Of a stretch of DNA of 64,000 nucleotides, positions 57,317 through 64,000 are shown piece by piece. The first letter of the stretch is position 1; every line of letters starts with the position of its first letter. Position numbers and translations under genes: made by a program. The DNA is from the human T2T-CHM13v2.0 reference genome, Homo sapiens: NCBI RefSeq assembly GCF_009914755.1, contig NC_060947.1; one strand, written 5' to 3'. The notes beneath the pieces were generated by a model. That model was given only the letters and a program-made list of their open reading frames with translations, searched no databases and was not told where the DNA came from.

Positions 57317-58134
57317 ATGTCCACTAATGTTTTGCCAGAGGTGGCAGCAGGTTGTTCATTTGGCTTGCAATGCTTTTTAGAAATGTTCTCTGCATAGCCA
57401 CGTTTCCTTATTGAGAAGGTTACTACATAGATGATGCAGAGATGAGTCCCTTGCATCAGTCCTTCAGCTAGCCCCCAGGCGGGTCAAGACAGAAAAACAG
57501 AATTATTTTAGAATAAGATCTATTCTGTTTTCTCAGGAACCAGGAACAAGAAATTATACTGGAAATGCATATTGCTCACTCCAAGACTATAGCTTATCTG
57601 GGGAGGCATTAGGGTAAGGGCAATTAAAAATGCTGTAAAGCTTTTATCCCATTTATAAGTTGTCTTTTTCTTGATCCAGTTTTTCTTGGTTGTTGTTAAA
57701 CTTTGATTATTTTCCTGAGCTCTTAAAAAGTTGGCTTTGACAGATTCTTGCTCAATTATTTTGCATTTCTTTTGAGGGATGGACCCTTGGTGTTACTTGT
57801 TTCACTATGTTTTCTTGTCCTGTAATATATGAACTCATTCTTATTCCTTCAGTGGCAGCTAGAGTAGCCATCTCTGAACCTGTTTTGCATCAGCCAACTC
57901 AGAAAACCATGAGAACCTTAGCCTGAGGCCTGGCTAGCATATTGAATGAGATGTCTCTAGTGTCAGCCCAATCCAAAATTATGTTTTGCTTCTCTTGGTA
58001 GAGAATCTTTAAAATCCATAGTCACATATTCCTTCTGGATATCTTCTAATATTCATTAGGAAATCCTGTAATTGTTTTCTGGAGTTCTATTTATTTTTAC
58101 TCTGATTATTTATATTATTCTTTAGATATTTAGT

Positions 58135-58428
<294 letters not shown>

Positions 58429-58899
58429 TTAGGTATTTAGTTTTAATTATATTTATATGTAAGCCAGAATTACAGTGGAGAACATCAGGGAGAGCTAATA
58501 CTTTATACTGTGGTAAGAAAAAAAATACTACCAAGAGTCATACTACTCCAGGTACTCCCATGTACCTTTCTTTATAATTGTCAGGTTACAAAAATCAGAC
58601 ATCAACTTTATCTTACTTAAGCAAAAAAAATATAAATGTACAGAATTGGAGGTACCACAGAAGCTCTGGGACCTTAGCAATAGGAGTTGCTGAGTCTTCC
58701 TTCTAATACATTGCCGTGAAAGTGATTCAGTTACCTACTTTTGGCCTCCCTATGTCTGAGTTCAAAATTACAACCTTACAAGAGACAGAATCTGATTGGC
58801 CCTTGTTTGAATTAGGTGTATCTATCTCTGAATCCATCAGGTATGCCTGGGAAGAATGGGAACAGGATTATATAATACTTTTTAAGTGGTAAAGACTAT

Positions 58900-59322
58900 T
58901 TTATAGATAATAAATGTAGAGACATAGAGGTATTATAAATAATAATACATGTAAGATATATATTAAGAGGTTTGTTGTAAGGAATTGGCTTACATGACTG
59001 TGAGATCTGGCTAGTCAAATAAAACATCCAGAGCGCAGATAATCAGGAAGGATAGACGAAACCTGTTGGGCACAATGTGAGGCTATTATCCACAGGCAAA
59101 ATTTATTTTTCTTCAGGGAATCTTCCACTCTTTTCTTAGGGCCTTCTAACTAAGTAGATAAGAGTCTTCCAGATTACCTAGGATAGCCTCCTTTACTTAA
59201 AGTTAACTGACTGTGGACTTTAATCACATATACAAAACACCTTTACAGCAGCAATTGGTGTTTGATTGAATAATGGGGAACTGCAGCCCAGCCAACTTGA
59301 CATATAAAAAATGACCATCACA
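58900..59322 (-). mobile_element. MLT2-family LTR (D/E-like)
   Basis: 'taaggaattggcttac...cagccaacttgacatataaaaatgaccatcaca'. Confidence 0.75.
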
Positions 59323-60269
59323 TTGAGTAAGGCCCATCTCTGTGGATTTGGGCTCAGCTTTGTAGATTAGAACAAAGTAGTAACCATAAAAGGAGACATT
59401 GCAGAGATCTGGGGAGATTAACGTATGGGTATCACTGAAATGTCTACTCAACAGCTCTAAGTTTCACATGTGTAGCAGTATAATGTATTAAGTCATTAAT
59501 TTTCAGGGTTTTCCTTCTCGATGTATTTTGTCCTACTCCATTTCAAAAACAGAGTCAAATTCTTTGTGCTGTATTGCCTCAGAGGAGTTAGAACCAAAAC
59601 CAGTGGATAACTACAGAATATTTCATTTTCCCATTAAAAAAAAACTTCTCACCCAAGGTTAATACAGAAACCACAGAGCCACCAGATTTCAAGTGTAATA
59701 AGCAGACATAGATAATGCTTATTTTATTGATAACCCCATTATTTAAGCACCACATAAGGCTTTTATATACTTTTTCAGTATTTATTTATTTATTTTCTAT
59801 AACCTCATATTAGAAGTGAAATTTTCACATTATTCTATGACTTATGGGAGGCCCTCAAAAATGACTTGAATTTTATTGCATTTGGAATTTTTATTTCTTT
59901 AATTTTTAAATTTTATTTTAGATTCAGGGGTTACTTCTGCAGGTTTGTCACCTGGGTATATTGCAGAATGCTGAGGTTTGGGGTGCAGATGATCCCATCA
60001 CCCCGTTACTCAGCATAGTGCCCAGTAGACAGTTTTTCAACCCTGGCTTTCCCTCTCAGTCTCCCTTCTAGTAGTCCCAGTTTCTACTGTTGCCATTAAT
60101 ATGTTCATGAGTACCCAATATTTACTACCACTTATAATAGAGATCATGCAGTATTTGGTTTTCTCTTCGTGAGTTCATTTACTTAAAAAAAAAGCCACCA
60201 ACTCCATGCACCTTGCTCTAAAGGACATGATTTTATTCCTTTTAGGACTGAGTAGCACTACATGGTGCA

Positions 60270-60371
60270 TATATAGATATATATGTGAGATGTGTGTGTG
60301 TATATATATATATAGATCTCTATATCTATATATATGGATCTCTATATCTATATATATAGATATATAGATAT

Positions 60372-60445
<74 letters not shown>
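60270..60445. repeat. Compound microsatellite including (TC)14(TA)19
   Basis: (TC) run at 60375-60402, (TA) run at 60403-60440, with TA/GA/TG-rich sequence upstream. Confidence 0.95.
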
Positions 60446-60447
<2 letters not shown>

Positions 60448-60873
60448 TTCACATTTCTTTTTCCAATCCACCATTGATGGGCACCTAGGTTGATTCCATG
60501 TTTCTGCTGTTGTGACTAGTGCTGCAATGAACATACAAATGCATGTGTCTTTCTTTGGGACAATGGTTTGTTTTCTTTTGGATATACACAAAGTAATGGG
60601 ATTGTTGGGTCAAATGGCAGTTCAGTTTTAAGTTCCTTGATAAATCTCCAAACTGCTTTCCACAGTGGATGAACTGATTTACATTTCCACCAAAAGAGTA
60701 TAAGCATTACCTTTTCTCTGCAGTCTCACCAACATCTGTTGTTTCTTCATTTTTTAAATAATAATCATCTTGACTGGTGTGAAATGATATCTAATTGTGA
60801 TTTTGATTTGCATTTCTCTGATGATTAATGATACAGAGCATTTTGTCATATGTTTATTGGCCAATTGTATGTC

Positions 60874-60908
60874 ATTATTATTTATTATTATTATTATTAT
60901 TATTATTG
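60874..60908. repeat. (TTA)n microsatellite
   Basis: Visible TTA array. Confidence 0.9.
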
Positions 60909-63900
60909 GTTCATCAATTGTTTAAGCATCTTATGGATTCTGGATATTACCCCTTTGTCTTAAGCATAGTTTGTGAATATTTTTTCCATTCTGTAGGTTG
61001 TCTGTTTATTCTTTTGATAGTTTCTTTTGCTGTACAAAATCTCTTTAGCTTAATCAGGTCTCACTTGTCAATTTTGTTTTTGTTGCAATTGCATTTGAGG
61101 ATTTAGTCATAAATTCTCTCCCAAGGCTGATGTCCAGAATGGTGTTTCCTAAGTTTTCTTCTAGGATTCTTATAGTTTGAGGTCACACATTTTAATCTTT
61201 AAACCATCTTGAGTTAGTTTTTGTATATGGTTAAAGTTAATGATCTGGTTTCATTGTTCTGCATGTGGCTATCTAGCACCATTTATTGAATAATGGGTCC
61301 TTTCATGATTACCTATATTGATCGACTTTGTCAAAGATCACATGAGTGGAAATGGTTGGCTTTATTTCTAGGTTCTGTATTCTGTTCCATTGGTCTATAT
61401 GACTGTTTTTGTACCAGTACCATACTGGTTTGGTTACTATAGCCTTATAGTAGAGTTTGAAGTCAGGTAATATGATGCCTCCAGCTTTGTTCCTTTTGCT
61501 TAGGATTGCTTTGGCTATTCAGGCTATTTATTGGTTCCATATGAATTTTAAAATACTTTTTCTAGTTCTGTGAAGAATTTTAATGGTATTTTTGTAGGAA
61601 TAACATTAATTCCGTACATTGCTTTGGGCAGTATGGCTAGTTCAATGATATTGATTCTTCCAATCCATGAGTATAGAATATTTTTCCATTTGTTTGTGTA
61701 ATCTATGATTTCTTTTAGCAGTGTTTCTTAGTTCTCCTTGTAGAGATGTTTTACTTCCTTGGTAACATGTATTTTTATGTATTTTACTTTTTTGTAGGAC
61801 TGTAAATGGGATTGCATTCTGGATTTGGTTCTCAGCATGTACATTATGGGTGTATGCAAATGTTACTGATTTTTATGCCTAGATTTTGTTTCCTGAAACT
61901 TTGATGAAGTTATTTATAAGTTCTAGGCGCTTTTGGGCAGAGACTACGGGCTTTTCTAGGTATGGAATTACATTGTTCATGAAAAACAGTATTTTTATTC
62001 TTCTTTTCCTATTCAGATACATTTTATTTCTTTCTCTTGCCTGACTGCTCTGGTAGGACTTCCGGTACTATGCTAAATAGGAGTATTGAGAGTGGGAACC
62101 CTTGTCTTGTTCCAGTTGTCAAAGTAAGGCTTCCAATTTTTGCCGATTCAGTACAATGTTGGCTGTGGGTTTGTCATAAGTGATGCTTATTATTTTGAGG
62201 TATGTTCCTTTCATTCCTAGTTTGTTGAGGGTTTTTCCCATGAATGGATGTTGGATTTTATCAAAAGCTTTTTCCAAGCCTATTGAGATGATCATATAGT
62301 CTTTGTTTTTAATTCTGTTTATATGATGAATCCCATTTATTGATTTGTGTATTTTGAAACAATTTCCTTGTATCACTGCAATAAAGCCTACTTGAACATG
62401 GTGAATTAACTTTTTGATGTGCTCCTGGATATGGTTTGCTAATATTTTGTTGAGGATTTTTGTGTCTATGTTCATCAGGAATAGTGGCCTAGTTTTTTTC
62501 CCCCTTTTATGTTTTTGCCAGGTATTGGTATTAGAGTAATGCTGGCTTTATAGAATAAGTCAAGAAGGAGTCCCTCCTCCTTGATTTTTATGTATAGCTT
62601 AGGTAGACTTGGTCCCATCTCTCCTTTGTATGTCTGGCAGAATTCAACTCTGAAATCACCTGGTCTGGAGTTTTTCATTGTTGTTGTTGTTGTTTGGTTG
62701 GTTGGTATGTTTTTTATTTTTATTTTTACTGATTCAATTTTGGAACTCGATATTAGTCTGTTCAGGATGTCAATTTCTTCCTGATTCAATATTGGGAAAC
62801 TTTGTTACCAGGAATTTATCAATTTCCTTTACATGTTCTAGTTTAGATACATAGAGGTGCCCATCATAGTTTCTAAGAATTTTCAGTATTTCTCTGGGAT
62901 CAGTGGTAATATCACCTTTGTGATTTCTGATTGTGCTTATTTGGCTCTTTTCTTTCTCTGTCAATCTAGCTAGTAGTCTATTCATCTTGTTTATTCTTTC
63001 AAAAAACCAATTTTTGGTTTTGTTGACCCTTTGTATGGATTTTTGGGACTCAATTTTGTTCAGTTCTGCTCTGATTTTAGTTATTTCTTTGTTTCTACCT
63101 GCTTTGGGGTTAATTTGTTATTGTTTTTGTAGTTCTTCTAAGTTTTATGTTAGATTGGTAATTTGAGAAGCCTTTCTGAGGTAGGCATTTATCGCTATAC
63201 ACTTTTCTCTTAACACTGCTTTTGTTGTATCCCACAGATTTTGGAATGTTGTGTCTCCGTTTTCATTAATTTCAAAGAATGTTCTAATTTCTACCTTAAA
63301 TTTGTTGTTTTCCCAAAAGTCATTCAGGAGCAAGTTTTTAAAATTTCCATGTAATTCTGTAGTTTCCAAGATCCCCTTGATATTGATTTCTATTTTTATT
63401 CTACTGTGGTCTTAGAGTATGGTTGGTTTCATTTTGTTTTTTTTTTTTTTTTTTTCAATTAAATTGAGACCTACTTTGTTGCTGAGCATGTGGTTGATTT
63501 TGGAGTATGTTCAGTGTGTGAATGACATGAATATATATTTTGTGGTTGATGGGTGGATTATTCTGCAGATATCTATTAGGTCCAAGTGGCCAAGTGTTGA
63601 ATTTAACTAAAGAATTTATTTGTTAATTTTCTTCCTCAATGATCTCCCTAATGCTGTTAATGGGGGTGTTAAAGTCCCTCACTATTATTGTGTGGCTACC
63701 TAAGTCTTTGGTAGGTCTGGAAGTACTTGGTTTATAAAACTGTGTGCTCCAAAGTTGGGTAGAGATATATTAAAATAGATAAAACTTCTTAGAGAATTGA
63801 ACCTGTTACCATTATTTAATGCCCTTCTTTGTTCTTTTTTACTGTTGTTGGTTTAAAGCCTGTTTTATCTCATATAAGAATAACACTCCTGTGCTTATTT

Positions 63901-64000
63901 GTTTTCTGTTTGGCTGGTAAATCCTTCTCCAACCTTTTACTTTGAGCCTATGGTTGTTGGTAAGTGAGATGGGTCTCCTGAAGACAGCAGATAATTGGGT

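Larger units (their letters stand above)
59890..64000 (-). mobile_element. LINE-1, L1PA15/16-like, 3' UTR and ORF2; runs off the window
   Basis: RT ORF 62119-62475 ([14 protein letters not shown]), EN remnants near 63500-63800, 3' UTR at 59890-60200. Confidence 0.88.

Overview
AT-rich, repeat-saturated primate genomic DNA, probably hominoid: it contains AluY, an L1PA2-type 3' end, Hsmar1 and an HML-type LTR. The very high L1 density is typical of the X chromosome or G-bands, but the chromosome is an inference. I find no host protein-coding gene, RNA gene or intact transposon ORF; the ORFs in the track are transposon fragments or chance frames. Main contents: a TSD-bounded full-length L1PA6-8-like element (2627-9096, -); a Tigger1 split by a twin-primed L1PA3-like element; a complete but decayed HERV-S (HERVL18/LTR18) provirus with tRNA-Ser PBS and gag-pro-pol-env (24319-30992, +); a full-length Hsmar1; a MER11D-like solo LTR nested in an Alu; and many L1PB/L1MA/L1MB, Alu, MIR, L2, MER5 and MaLR/MLT2 pieces. 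I see no convincing new multi-gene biological system. The best leads are: a possible catalytically dead dUTPase-derived domain in HERV-S pol, an in-frame UAG-G gag/pro junction, a 23-codon repeat in gag, and several DNA-repair scars (a 308-bp templated insertion ending in a fold-back hairpin, a 60-bp microinversion, and a junction duplication). Subfamily names are recalled from consensus sequences and need Dfam/RepeatMasker confirmation. Boundaries without a TSD are approximate.
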